Source: a virus | Taxonomy: Duplodnaviria; Caudoviricetes | DNA length: 64,000 bases | IMG/VR virus record: IMGVR_UViG_3300002092_001784 | Coordinates: 128,001-192,000 of that record | Strand: one strand, 5' to 3' | Shown here: positions 27,658 to 37,783 of the stretch, one piece after another | How positions within the stretch are numbered: the first letter of the stretch is position 1 | Layout: every line of letters begins with the position of its first letter | Position numbers and translations under genes: made by a program | Notes under the pieces: model-generated | What the model was told of the DNA's origin: nothing | The model's input: the letters and a program-made list of their open reading frames with translations, nothing else | Database searches by the model: none

Positions 27658-27888
27658 ATGATGATTGATATGACACCTAAAGATACAGCAAATAATATTG
27701 CAATGAAAATGTTTGATTGTGATACCATCACCGAAGATGCGATTGTGGCAGTTGATGTAGTTCTTAATGAATTGCAAACATATAGTGACTTGGAAAGTGT
27801 AATTGTACAGAATGGAATACCTACAACTGTAATTGAACGAATACAGTTTTGGAATGAAGTTAAAAACGAATTGGAGATAATAAAATGA
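27658..27888 (+). CDS. Hypothetical protein
   Basis: ORF in run. Confidence 0.6.
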   Translation: MMIDMTPKDTANNIAMKMFDCDTITEDAIVAVDVVLNELQTYSDLESVIVQNGIPTTVIERIQFWNEVKNELEIIK

Positions 27889-28027
27889 CACCAAAAGAAG
27901 AATATACAGATTTATTACACAGTGGAATGTTTTGGGAATTTTTTCCTAAATATTCTGGCGAATGGAAAACCGATGCATTGTATTTTATTCGGTTTTTAAT
28001 TAAAAGACGTGAACTAAAAATAACAAA

Positions 28028-28693
28028 ATGAAAGTAGAATTTGCAGATACATTTGGTAAAAGCCTTAAACGGTTGATATGGCATGAGGGCCGTATCTATA
28101 AATTTTATTCCATATTCCGATATGGAATATGGCACTTCTTCGCTAACATATGGCGATTTAGAAAAGTTCTATGGAATCATCAATGGTGGGATTATCGATA
28201 CCATTTGGAAGCCATGTATACTTCGCTATCCATTATGGAAAAGGGTATGCATGCTGGAATGGAAGTTCGAGAATCCCGTGATAAGAAGATTCAAAAGATG
28301 CAGCGGGCTCTTAAACTTATGAAAAATAAAATAGATGATAATTACATTGATAGGGCAGAATTGGTGGTAGGTGAGTTGATACATTATGATTGGGAGTTTG
28401 AACCAGTACCAGACCAACCGGGATACAGTAGATTGGTCGATAAGGAAACACCGGAAGAAAAAGAGCATAATCGTAAAGTATATACCTATTCAACAAAATT
28501 GGAAGAAGATGAATGGGCTGAACTATGGGGAATATATAAGGGTAAGGATTACAATGAATTGAAACGATTATCTGATGAAATAGTGGCTAAAGGTGAATCG
28601 GAAGGACTTGATTATGAACAATTATCAAAACTTACCGATGAATTGCATGATGGGTGGTTCGATGGTTCGGGGTTAAATTCATGGTGGGATTAG
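28028..28693 (+). CDS. Hypothetical phage protein
   Basis: 221-aa ORF. Confidence 0.75.
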   Translation: MKVEFADTFGKSLKRLIWHEGRIYKFYSIFRYGIWHFFANIWRFRKVLWNHQWWDYRYHLEAMYTSLSIMEKGMHAGMEVRESRDKKIQKMQRALKLMKNKIDDNYIDRAELVVGELIHYDWEFEPVPDQPGYSRLVDKETPEEKEHNRKVYTYSTKLEEDEWAELWGIYKGKDYNELKRLSDEIVAKGESEGLDYEQLSKLTDELHDGWFDGSGLNSWWD

Positions 28694-28715
28694 AGTTTAA
28701 TAAAATAATAAAGTT

Positions 28716-28901
28716 ATGGCATGGTTGGCAATGGATAGTGATGGGTTTGTTCATATATTTATCGATAAGCCCGAACGGATAGCTGGATTACATGATTGGT
28801 ATGCAGAAACCGATAGATTTGCGGCATTGAAAGATGCAGATGATGTGGAATATCTCATTGGTAGGAAACTCACACCAAATGATGATCCTGTTGAAATTTA
28901 A
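28716..28901 (+). CDS. Hypothetical protein
   Basis: Short ORF. Confidence 0.6.
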   Translation: MAWLAMDSDGFVHIFIDKPERIAGLHDWYAETDRFAALKDADDVEYLIGRKLTPNDDPVEI

Positions 28902-29118
28902 TATTTTTTTGAAAATGGATATTTAATAGTATACACCCTATATGATGTATGTAATTTAATACGATATGTTATGGAAACGATTATGGAAAGCTTTACGGGT
29001 ATGGATTTTGGATACGGTGTTGCCGTGCTATGTGTCATTTATTTGGCGTTAATAACTTCGTTTTCATTCGTAGCAATTAAATCATTTTGGGTGTTAATTA
29101 TATCGTTATATACACACT

Positions 29119-29454
29119 ATGTTAATAAAAAGTAAGTTTTTCCGATTTTTAATTGGAATTGTATTTCTATTTGATGTTATATCATGTACTGATGCAGGTG
29201 TAACAACCGAACGATTGAGTGGAAATGAATCATCGTTACCGCCGGAATTAAAAGGATTAAAGGTTTACAGTGTTCAACTGATTGGTGGCAATTATTGTAG
29301 AGTAGCCATATTAAATGGAAATGTAAATTCATCTACTTATATGGTAGGTAAGATACAAGAAACTACAATTATTGTGAATGGGAATCAGCCACGTACTATT
29401 TTAGCTAAACAAATTCTTTCCGAAACAGATAGTATAATCGTTATTAAAAAATAA
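29119..29454 (+). CDS. Putative lipoprotein
   Basis: Hydrophobic N-terminus ending VISC. Confidence 0.55.
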   Translation: MLIKSKFFRFLIGIVFLFDVISCTDAGVTTERLSGNESSLPPELKGLKVYSVQLIGGNYCRVAILNGNVNSSTYMVGKIQETTIIVNGNQPRTILAKQILSETDSIIVIKK

Positions 29455-29457
29455 GTT

Positions 29458-29682
29458 ATGGCAGCAAAAAGTAAACACCCAATAGATATATTAGATTGGT
29501 TATATCAAGTCTTACAATCATGTAATACAGAAGAACAACAGGAAACCGCAAAGAGTTTAGTTACACAGGGAATTAAATATCTTAAAACTGCCGATGGACA
29601 TTGGCTCTATGATTATACGCAGTTGACGGATGAATATGGATTACCTAATTGGGATTTTTTCGGAGGACTGAAACAATTATAA
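29458..29682 (+). CDS. Hypothetical protein
   Basis: ORF in run. Confidence 0.6.
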   Translation: MAAKSKHPIDILDWLYQVLQSCNTEEQQETAKSLVTQGIKYLKTADGHWLYDYTQLTDEYGLPNWDFFGGLKQL

Positions 29683-29690
29683 TCCACAAT

Positions 29691-29870
29691 ATGAAAACCA
29701 AATTATTAAAAAAATTACGAAAGATGTATTCGGTAGTGTATGAAGATGGACATTATATACTACATTCCAAAACAATGTCACCATATAAATGTAAAACAGA
29801 AAAACGCATAAAAGATGAACGGCGTGAACTCATTTTACAGCATGTACACTCATTACGTCATCACCACTAA
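29691..29870 (+). CDS. Hypothetical protein
   Basis: MKTKLLKKLRK start. Confidence 0.55.
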   Translation: MKTKLLKKLRKMYSVVYEDGHYILHSKTMSPYKCKTEKRIKDERRELILQHVHSLRHHH

Positions 29871-29974
29871 TGTTAATTTATGGAACTATTAAGAATATTA
29901 TACGGAGTTATTGTATTTGGTGCGGCTTTAGTTCTGCTAGCACTATTGTATAAAACAGAACCTAAAAATAAAAA

Positions 29975-30283
29975 ATGAAAAAATTATTGTTACTATTGAC
30001 TTTTGGTCTGATTTCATTATGTACGTCCGCACAAAAGGTGTATGAAGTTAGTTATAAGAGTCAGGCCGATATGAAGGTGTTTGTGGTTAAGTATGAATCA
30101 CAAGCAGACCTTAAAGTGTATGTAGTTGAACACGAAAATGAAGCCGGAAATGGTAAATGGTTTTTTACCAAATATAAAAGCCAATCTCAGCAAACTATTT
30201 ATTATGTGAAAACTGCAAGTGAGGCAGATGTTAAAGTGTATTTTGTACGATACCGGTCTAAAGCAGGGTGGCTAACAGATTAA
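29975..30283 (+). CDS. Exported repeat protein (DUF6150-like)
   Basis: Signal peptide; repeated S(Q/E)AD.KV(F/Y).V units. Confidence 0.7.
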   Translation: MKKLLLLLTFGLISLCTSAQKVYEVSYKSQADMKVFVVKYESQADLKVYVVEHENEAGNGKWFFTKYKSQSQQTIYYVKTASEADVKVYFVRYRSKAGWLTD

Positions 30284-30299
30284 GTAAATAATTAAATTT

Positions 30300-31016
30300 A
30301 TGAAAAAATTACTAATAGTAGTTCTATTATCAATGATGTATATATTTGCATCGGCACAGAAATATGAAGATGCAGTAAAATTCTTACCCATAAATGTTCA
30401 TTACAATTCAGCTAGTGTGGAGTGGGAACACCAAGAAGGTAAAAATTCTTTAGTAGTTGGTATTGGGATACCATATTGGCAATCTATTGTAGGACGTTCA
30501 TATGGACAACTTACATTGAATAGTACGGATTTCAAATCTGCCAGTTTGTATACTTACACTATACGTGTAGCGTATAGACACTATTTTAGTGATACTCCAA
30601 TGGAAGGTATATATTTGGAAGGTTATGCAAAATCTCAAACTTTAGATTGGTGTGCTGAAATAAATAACAATCAAAATAAAATGGCAGCAGGTTCAATTAC
30701 TGGGTATTTTTATAGTGTTAGTCCCGGAGTTCAACTTGGATACCAATACATAATTGATAAACATTTTTTAATAGATTTATATATGTTAGGTGTAGAGGTA
30801 TGTAATACAAATGGAAACGCAGAATCATTTTCAATGACAACAGCCGATAGAGATTATACGATTGATTTTGTTAATAATTTAGCAACACAGTATTTACCCA
30901 AAAATGCACAATCAAAATATTCAGTATTACGGTATGGAAATTCAGCCAAATACCGTTTGCAAGGATTTGCATATCCTTGGTTTAGATGTGGTATAAGTAT
31001 TGGATATAAATTTTAA
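30300..31016 (+). CDS. Outer-membrane beta-barrel protein (DUF3575-like)
   Basis: Signal peptide; GVQLGYQY, C-terminal GISIGYKF beta-signal. Confidence 0.7.
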   Translation: MKKLLIVVLLSMMYIFASAQKYEDAVKFLPINVHYNSASVEWEHQEGKNSLVVGIGIPYWQSIVGRSYGQLTLNSTDFKSASLYTYTIRVAYRHYFSDTPMEGIYLEGYAKSQTLDWCAEINNNQNKMAAGSITGYFYSVSPGVQLGYQYIIDKHFLIDLYMLGVEVCNTNGNAESFSMTTADRDYTIDFVNNLATQYLPKNAQSKYSVLRYGNSAKYRLQGFAYPWFRCGISIGYKF

Positions 31017-31035
31017 TCACTACATATCTTCAAAG

Positions 31036-31064
31036 AAGCGGCTACTACGGTGACCGCTTTTTTT
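31036..31064 (+). terminator. Intrinsic terminator
   Basis: AAGCGG...CCGCTT plus T run. Confidence 0.7.
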
Positions 31065-31149
31065 ATGCCAAAGATTTAACATTAATTTAACATTGAAAAT
31101 TTGGAAATCGCTCAAAAATGTCGTATATTTGAGTATAAGATTGAGAGAT

Positions 31150-31539
31150 ATGAATGATATGATGAGAATGATTGAGAACGGTTCGGATGTTGAAAGTTTG
31201 ATAAATGCTTTTAATCGTTATTCAAATCGTGAAAAACGGTACAGAAGTGAGAAGAAAAAAGTTCAAAAGTTTGAAAGAGCCAAACGTATTTTTTCAGCTG
31301 AACGGTATTTGGTTGAAGTTCATTTTTACCCACATATCGCCAAAATATTAGGTGTTCCCGCCGATACGGCTGAGGTGTTTGGTTTCGAACGTATGCAAGA
31401 ATTGGTTAAACTTCGTTGGGAAAACAACTGTGGTATCAGTAGGTTAAGAATTTATTACGATGGCAAACCATTTAGAAACTTCAACTTCAGTGGTAACGAA
31501 ACCAAAGATATTCGGTATGAACCGTTAAGAATTGTTTAA
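31150..31539 (+). CDS. Hypothetical protein
   Basis: First gene after boxed promoter. Confidence 0.7.
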   Translation: MNDMMRMIENGSDVESLINAFNRYSNREKRYRSEKKKVQKFERAKRIFSAERYLVEVHFYPHIAKILGVPADTAEVFGFERMQELVKLRWENNCGISRLRIYYDGKPFRNFNFSGNETKDIRYEPLRIV

Positions 31540-31555
31540 TTAAAAATAAAAAAAT

Positions 31556-31792
31556 ATGAAAACAATGCTTGTATTACATAAATGTAAAAATTATGAGGTA
31601 ACCCAAGAAAATCCTCGTAACTTCAAAATTGGAGATACTTTTTATTTTAATTGGGGTGGTATATCCGATATACAAACGGTTGATTCTGAAAGAGTATTAG
31701 CTGAAGTTAATGGAACATTAGAACATAATACTGAAGTTATTGATCTATCTTATAATTTTTGGCTATGTGTGCGAAAGGTTATTAACCACTAA
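31556..31792 (+). CDS. Hypothetical protein
   Basis: ORF in run. Confidence 0.6.
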   Translation: MKTMLVLHKCKNYEVTQENPRNFKIGDTFYFNWGGISDIQTVDSERVLAEVNGTLEHNTEVIDLSYNFWLCVRKVINH

Positions 31793-31794
31793 AT

Positions 31795-32163
31795 ATGAGA
31801 TTAAAAATTGTAAATTTTGATAAAGTATTTGGTAAACAAATTAAATGTGTAACAGTTGATGCTACAATGATGTACCCCGAAATGGCGTATACCATAATTA
31901 ACTTGAATTACTCAAAATTAAATTTCAAAGACCATGTATGTTATGATTTTGGAGTAGAGCATGTTGGTTCTGGTACTACATTAGAGTGTTGCTTAACAAT
32001 TTGGGATGCTAATACCGAACACAATCCATCGGATGACCATATTATATCACTTGAAACATTTAATCCGGATAAAGAATACATATTAACACCGGATGATGTA
32101 TCATATGAACAAAATTTTCTTAATGCTATATTCAAAAATATAATAGTTAACCATAATAAATAA
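31795..32163 (+). CDS. Hypothetical protein
   Basis: ORF in run. Confidence 0.7.
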   Translation: MRLKIVNFDKVFGKQIKCVTVDATMMYPEMAYTIINLNYSKLNFKDHVCYDFGVEHVGSGTTLECCLTIWDANTEHNPSDDHIISLETFNPDKEYILTPDDVSYEQNFLNAIFKNIIVNHNK

Positions 32164-32380
32164 AAATATGAATTACGAACTTAAACCAATTCCGGTCCAA
32201 CAATATATTAACGTATATCTTACCGAACACGAAATTTTGTATTTGGGTTTATTAGCTACGGTATCAGAACCATTGGGAATGGATGCTGTATCTGAAATTA
32301 TAAACAAATTTGTGGCAGAGTGTATCGATAGAAAAGCAAGATGGAATTGATTGAAACTATATTTATATTAAAATCAAACT

Positions 32381-32626
32381 ATGAAAAAACAAATATTAAC
32401 ACTAATAGCAATTATTGGATTGCTGATTGCCTGCGACAGACACCCAAACATATCCGATATACAACAAATGGGAGCTATCAACATTAGTCAGTACCGTGGA
32501 TATCAGGTGATTAGTAAGGATGGTGATTCTTTTTATTGGTATATAATGAAGGGTGATACCATTAAAGGAATTATTGTACCGAAATGGTTTAAGACGGTTT
32601 ACAATGTAACCGATACCATTAAATAA
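32381..32626 (+). CDS. Putative lipoprotein
   Basis: MKKQ...LLIAC lipobox. Confidence 0.65.
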   Translation: MKKQILTLIAIIGLLIACDRHPNISDIQQMGAINISQYRGYQVISKDGDSFYWYIMKGDTIKGIIVPKWFKTVYNVTDTIK

Positions 32627-32702
32627 TTTAACAATTAATTAACATTAAATATTTGGAATGTCCAAATAAATGATGTATATTTGAATATTAATCTTAGAAA
32701 CT

Positions 32703-33095
32703 ATGAGTTACAAACTTTTTTTAGATGATGTCCGTATTCCGTATGACGTTTTTGAATATACCGATAACCAAACTTATTGTGATTTTTGGAATATTGTCAG
32801 AAATTATGATGAATTTGTAAATCATATTGAACAATTTGGCCCACCTGATGTAATTAGTTTTGACCACGATTTGGCAGATTTACACTATGGTGTATCTTAT
32901 AACAGTATTGGTAGTTACGGTGATGACCGGTTTAATGAAAAAACGGGCTATCACTGTGCAAGATGGTTTATTAATTGGTGTATGGACAGAGATATTATCT
33001 TTGATACTACCATTCTTATTCACTCTATGAATCCAGTTGGCGCAGAGAACATTCGTTCCTTATTTCAAACATATAATAAAATTTATAAATCTTAA
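32703..33095 (+). CDS. Cyclic-phosphate-processing receiver-like domain protein
   Basis: LFLDDVR.P, VRNYDEF, ISFDHDL, KTGYHCA.W, IHSMNPVG..NI. Confidence 0.8.
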   Translation: MSYKLFLDDVRIPYDVFEYTDNQTYCDFWNIVRNYDEFVNHIEQFGPPDVISFDHDLADLHYGVSYNSIGSYGDDRFNEKTGYHCARWFINWCMDRDIIFDTTILIHSMNPVGAENIRSLFQTYNKIYKS

Positions 33096-33113
33096 AAAGT
33101 AAAAAAAACAGTT

Positions 33114-33419
33114 ATGGAAACATTAATGAAAATGATTGAAGAAATTTTTTCAAATTATGAAGTACGATTTATCGTTGAACAGGCACATTTTGATCAGGAT
33201 AAACCGGTCTTTCGATTGAAACGTCGTAAAGCGGTAAGACTTTTGTGGTCAACAAAGCATTATGATGATTATGAAACAAATTCTATTCATAAAATAATCA
33301 ACTTCAAATCCCTAAAGGAAATTGAGACCTATCTTAAATTCCAATTTTCAGAACCCGAAGGATTTAAGACAAAAACATTTGATTTGAATTATAATAACAC
33401 TAACGTATCGGAGGAATAA
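33114..33419 (+). CDS. Hypothetical protein
   Basis: ORF in run. Confidence 0.65.
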   Translation: METLMKMIEEIFSNYEVRFIVEQAHFDQDKPVFRLKRRKAVRLLWSTKHYDDYETNSIHKIINFKSLKEIETYLKFQFSEPEGFKTKTFDLNYNNTNVSEE

Positions 33420-33420
33420 T

Positions 33421-33690
33421 ATGGAAATCGAAATGAAAGCAAATTACAGCGTACTCTACGATAGAGCACCGCAATTGAAGGTAACGCCAGCAGAACAAAA
33501 AAAGTTGGATGCTAAAGCCGAAAAAGAATATGTGGCAAAGCTGGCAAAATCAAAGAAAACAGCAGATGAACTATTGGCACTACTAAAAGAGTGCTACACA
33601 TTACATTCTAATAGGCATATGGGGGATGCAATCGTAACCGCCCAACTAACTATCAAATCAATAGAAACATTCAGAAATTCGTTGCAGTGA
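33421..33690 (+). CDS. Hypothetical protein
   Basis: ORF in run. Confidence 0.65.
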   Translation: MEIEMKANYSVLYDRAPQLKVTPAEQKKLDAKAEKEYVAKLAKSKKTADELLALLKECYTLHSNRHMGDAIVTAQLTIKSIETFRNSLQ

Positions 33691-33902
33691 TAAGAATAAA
33701 CAAAGATAATTATGTAGATGCCATTAAAACGATGGCAGTTTCTGACAGTAATGCCAAAAGATTGATTTTTAAGAAATCAGATATTCCCAATACTGCAATT
33801 GTACATTTTGCATTTGATTGTGGTATAATAGTAAACATATCCGATTATGGTTCTTATTTTTCTGTGGTTAGTTGTATTGGTACAATAGAAGAGTTAACAT
33901 GA
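33687..33902 (+). CDS. Hypothetical protein
   Basis: GTGA overlap. Confidence 0.6.
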   Translation: MIRINKDNYVDAIKTMAVSDSNAKRLIFKKSDIPNTAIVHFAFDCGIIVNISDYGSYFSVVSCIGTIEELT

Positions 33903-34261
33903 AAATAATCTATACAGAGCCTACATTACAGTATATGTTTGCAAATGGACTTCAAGACGAAGTTACTGAATTAATGGCAATTGGTGAGCATTGTCAAGTT
34001 GGAGATAAATTTCCTTACTTAAAAATTGAACAAAATGAAGATGTCACAGAAGGAAGAATTGAGGATACTCCGGTCAGTTCTTTGGAAGATAGGTAACGGT
34101 TTAATAGGAGTAGAAGCCAAAGGTAAATCAGAGTTACTAACAGCCACCCTGTCCGAAATCCGATATGGATATTGTTATGGACAAAGTAATTCAAACGAAG
34201 GTGATTCATGGAATGATACGGAAAAACGAAGAATACGTTCACTACAAAAATTAGACAAAAT

Positions 34262-34504
34262 ATGAAAAAAGAAGATGTTATAGAAAACGCATTGGCACTT
34301 GGGTTTGTTTTGGATTACGACCAATGGGATGCTGAAGGAAAAGGTTGGATACGATTTCAACTTGAAGAAGCTAATTTACAAGAAAAAGAATTAACACTTA
34401 TTTGGTGGAAAGATGCAAGTTTGGCAGCAAATTTACATCATGCGGGTCAAATCCTATTCAAATCAGGTCGGAAATCTAAAGTAATGGAATTAAATAATTA
34501 CTAA
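34262..34504 (+). CDS. Hypothetical protein
   Basis: ORF in run. Confidence 0.6.
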   Translation: MKKEDVIENALALGFVLDYDQWDAEGKGWIRFQLEEANLQEKELTLIWWKDASLAANLHHAGQILFKSGRKSKVMELNNY

Positions 34505-34568
34505 TATTTCAAATGTATATATTTATATAAAGTAATTATTAAACATTAACACATAGGAGGTAAAAATT

Positions 34569-34769
34569 ATGGGATTTGTATTTGGGTTTATACTAGGGTC
34601 TGCCTTAGTAGCAATAGGATTAATTGTAGCATACAATTTAAGGAAAGTTGAATTTGATAAAGTTGTAACCGAAATAGCAGATAAAGTTACTGGAATTGAA
34701 ACTAAAGTTATTTCCGAATTGGAAGCTCGCATTAAAGAGTTGGAAGATGCAATTAAGAATAAAATCTAA
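34569..34769 (+). CDS. Membrane-anchored coiled-coil small protein
   Basis: N-terminal TM helix; ATATTTAT upstream. Confidence 0.7.
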   Translation: MGFVFGFILGSALVAIGLIVAYNLRKVEFDKVVTEIADKVTGIETKVISELEARIKELEDAIKNKI

Positions 34770-34786
34770 AAAGATTTCAGATTAAT

Positions 34787-35158
34787 ATGAAGTATCTTAA
34801 AATTTTATCTATTGTATTATTATTATCGGTATATGGGTGTAAGGACACAATTACATATTACACCACACCGACTTCAACAATATCAATCACACCAACTTCA
34901 AACAATACGGTTCAAATTGAAACCGATGTAGTTGCTCAATCAAATCCAGTGAGAGGTATTGTAGTATCCAAAACAAAAGATGCTACACTTAACAACTCAA
35001 CCGCTGATATAATTTGGTTGAATAAGGGTATTGGTAAGGAAAGTATCAATATTGCATTGGAAAGTAAAACCGATTATTGGATTACTACTTTTGCATATTA
35101 TTCCGGTCAGGCCAATAACATTGGTTACAGTAAAGTGGTGGAAGTTAAAACAAATTAG
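34787..35158 (+). CDS. Putative lipoprotein
   Basis: LSVYGC lipobox; beta-rich body. Confidence 0.7.
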   Translation: MKYLKILSIVLLLSVYGCKDTITYYTTPTSTISITPTSNNTVQIETDVVAQSNPVRGIVVSKTKDATLNNSTADIIWLNKGIGKESINIALESKTDYWITTFAYYSGQANNIGYSKVVEVKTN

Positions 35159-35267
35159 TTTCTTAACAATTTCTTAACATTAAAAGCTTGGTTATTCCAA
35201 GCTTTTTTTGTATATTTGAATATCAGTTTGAGAGAGTTCATTATTTATTTCACTAATATTCATTTTT

Positions 35268-35558
35268 ATGAGTTTACCTTTTAATCCTTCGTTTCTTTAT
35301 TCCCGTGCTACTTCTATTAACGGGTTTTCCGAAATTGAAACCATTCTAAAATCGAAATGTATTTTTGGAACTGCTGTTTTTAATTCGTTAGAATCGGTTG
35401 TTGAAGATTATTCAGATTGGGATTCCGACCAAGGTTTTGGTGGTTCGGATACTACTTACGCCATTCAATCGTTTTTAGATTACTTAATCAGAGAAGCCGG
35501 TTTGGTTGGTGAGTTTGAAACAAAATTTACTCCCCGTTTATCAGTTGTTAAACTTTAA
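35268..35558 (+). CDS. Hypothetical protein
   Basis: First gene after boxed promoter. Confidence 0.7.
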   Translation: MSLPFNPSFLYSRATSINGFSEIETILKSKCIFGTAVFNSLESVVEDYSDWDSDQGFGGSDTTYAIQSFLDYLIREAGLVGEFETKFTPRLSVVKL

Positions 35559-35573
35559 TTAAAAAACGAAATT

Positions 35574-35945
35574 ATGAAACATCTATTTGTCCCTTATGAG
35601 TTGGCGGTTAAACTCAAAGAAAAAGGGTTTGATGAAGAGTGTCTTGGATATTTTGATGTTGATAAAGGTTATACTTTAGGATATTATTTATGTTATCGTG
35701 AAGAAAGTTTTAATAGTTTCTTGTCTGAAGGGATAGCAGCTCCTCTTTATCAACAAGTATTAGATTGGTTAAGAGAAAAGCATGATATTCATATAGAGTT
35801 ACCAACAGGCGGGCATCCTAAAAAATATTATGTTTTTGTCCATAAAATGGATGGTGGGTGGATATATGAAGGTAATAATCAGAAGGAATTTGATTATTAT
35901 GATGGGTTGGAAGCAGGTATTAACGAAGCATTAAAACTTATTTAA
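35574..35945 (+). CDS. Hypothetical phage protein (FVPYELA..LKEKGFDE...APLYQQV..WLREKH family)
   Basis: ORF in run. Confidence 0.75.
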   Translation: MKHLFVPYELAVKLKEKGFDEECLGYFDVDKGYTLGYYLCYREESFNSFLSEGIAAPLYQQVLDWLREKHDIHIELPTGGHPKKYYVFVHKMDGGWIYEGNNQKEFDYYDGLEAGINEALKLI

Positions 35946-35946
35946 T

Positions 35947-36183
35947 ATGGAATGTCACAAAATAGAACGATACGAAAACGGTAGACCGGTATACCGATTG
36001 AAGAAAAAATTCAATACTTTGGATGAAGCCATTGCACAAGCAAAGTATGTTAATTCCGGAGAGTTTGTAATCCACAAAGTAGTAGCCTATAAATGTAAAG
36101 TATGTTTGAAGTATCATTTGGGCAGAAACGGAAAATTACTGACAGATAAACAAAGATTAAAATACAAATTAGAACATTGTTAA
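35947..36183 (+). CDS. Hypothetical protein with putative Zn ribbon
   Basis: YKCKVCLKYHLG. Confidence 0.7.
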   Translation: MECHKIERYENGRPVYRLKKKFNTLDEAIAQAKYVNSGEFVIHKVVAYKCKVCLKYHLGRNGKLLTDKQRLKYKLEHC

Positions 36184-36276
36184 CAATTTCTTAACATTAA
36201 AAATTTGGAAATCCGTACTAAATGTAGTATATTTGTGTATTGAGTTTTGAGAGTTATTAATTTTAATTTTATTGAT

Positions 36277-36687
36277 ATGAATGTTACTAATATTATTGAT
36301 GCTGATTATTTAGGTACTACTATGGTTGAATTTGTTGATGGTGGTGAAGTTAAGTATCGGGATTACCAATCGTTTGTTAGTGAAAACGGATACTCCGCAG
36401 TTAGGGAGTATGAACGAATTAAAGCCCGTGAACGGGTGATTGAAAAAGAGGCCTCTATTGCTAGAGGTGGGTTTGTTGAAGTTGGTATCTGTGACGTGGT
36501 TGACCGGTTGGGTATTGTTCAGGGTATGATGAATTACGATGAGGAATGTGAGGCCGTTAACAGTTGGTGTCACCGTTGGGATGTTATGTTATACGAAAGA
36601 CCAAAAGAATCCTTTTTCAAATCCGAAGGGCGTGGTTTGGCTAAAGAAGGTGGGTTTAGAGGTGTGTTATTTTCAAATTTATCTTAA
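36277..36687 (+). CDS. Hypothetical protein
   Basis: First gene after boxed promoter. Confidence 0.7.
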   Translation: MNVTNIIDADYLGTTMVEFVDGGEVKYRDYQSFVSENGYSAVREYERIKARERVIEKEASIARGGFVEVGICDVVDRLGIVQGMMNYDEECEAVNSWCHRWDVMLYERPKESFFKSEGRGLAKEGGFRGVLFSNLS

Positions 36688-36698
36688 AAATAAAAGTT

Positions 36699-36941
36699 AT
36701 GAAAGTTAAATTATTAAAAAAAGTTAGAAAACGGTTTACAATTAATAAAGTTACAAAGTATAATAAAACACCATTTTATCGTGTAGAAGATTTGGAACAA
36801 AGCTGGTGGAAATATGGTTCGGATTCATATGATGAAGCGTATGAAGAATTAAAAAAACAGATTCGTAACGAATATGGGTATACCGTAAAAGAGGGGCATA
36901 AGACAAAAATTGAAACGGTTTGGTATAATCAAAACAAATAA
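36699..36941 (+). CDS. Hypothetical protein
   Basis: MKVKLLKKVRK start. Confidence 0.65.
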   Translation: MKVKLLKKVRKRFTINKVTKYNKTPFYRVEDLEQSWWKYGSDSYDEAYEELKKQIRNEYGYTVKEGHKTKIETVWYNQNK

Positions 36942-36946
36942 AAGCT

Positions 36947-37174
36947 ATGAAAAACTTCAATTATAGTTGTGGATTTACAACAGCTAAATGTAAAGCTGGT
37001 ATTTTATCTATCACACATAACGGTAATATGGGTAATTCAATTGATAGGAGCGTTAACCCAAATTTAGAATTATTGGGTATTGAAACCATACAGCAATTGA
37101 AAACGAAATATACTGTTATTAAAGAGACCGGTTATCCTGATTATTCGTACCAAATACAGTTAAAAGTTAAATAG
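36947..37174 (+). CDS. Hypothetical protein
   Basis: ORF in run. Confidence 0.6.
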   Translation: MKNFNYSCGFTTAKCKAGILSITHNGNMGNSIDRSVNPNLELLGIETIQQLKTKYTVIKETGYPDYSYQIQLKVK

Positions 37175-37195
37175 TATTATTAAAAAAATAAAGTT

Positions 37196-37426
37196 ATGAA
37201 TATATCTGAAAAAATTAAGTATTTAGAGAGTCTATTACCTTATCCGGAAGTGGAAGATAAACATTATCCTCGGTTTGAAAAGCAAGCTCGTTATTTAGGT
37301 AATGGTGTATATAGTTTCAATGGTGTGTATGAAACGAATACCAGAGCATTATTTCTTATGGGCGTATTGGTAGCGGAGGGTATTTCATATGAGGTGGAAG
37401 ATGATGCTGAAATTGATGAACTATAA
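37196..37426 (+). CDS. Hypothetical protein
   Basis: ORF in run. Confidence 0.6.
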   Translation: MNISEKIKYLESLLPYPEVEDKHYPRFEKQARYLGNGVYSFNGVYETNTRALFLMGVLVAEGISYEVEDDAEIDEL

Positions 37427-37783
37427 AAATATATAAGTTATGGAAACTGAAATGTTAGGTATTGAATTAGACAACAACGAAGTATTAAACGCATATATGG
37501 ATATGTGGCAATTAATTTCCGATAAGGAACGAAGTAAGGCTATGGATTTGGCCGTTAGATTACGGAGAGCAGATGAACTTATAAAAACAATTTGGAAATT
37601 ATAAATTATGAAAGATTTTTTAATACAATGGTTGGGTTACATTATACTATTTGTGGCAGTTGGTTACAAACGTAAAGAAGATAGTGAGTTAAAAATATTT
37701 TCAGCAGATTGGTGGGTTGTAACATTATTGGTTGGAACTGGTGTTGCTATTTTAGTACATTACTCTAAATAAAATTATAAAAA

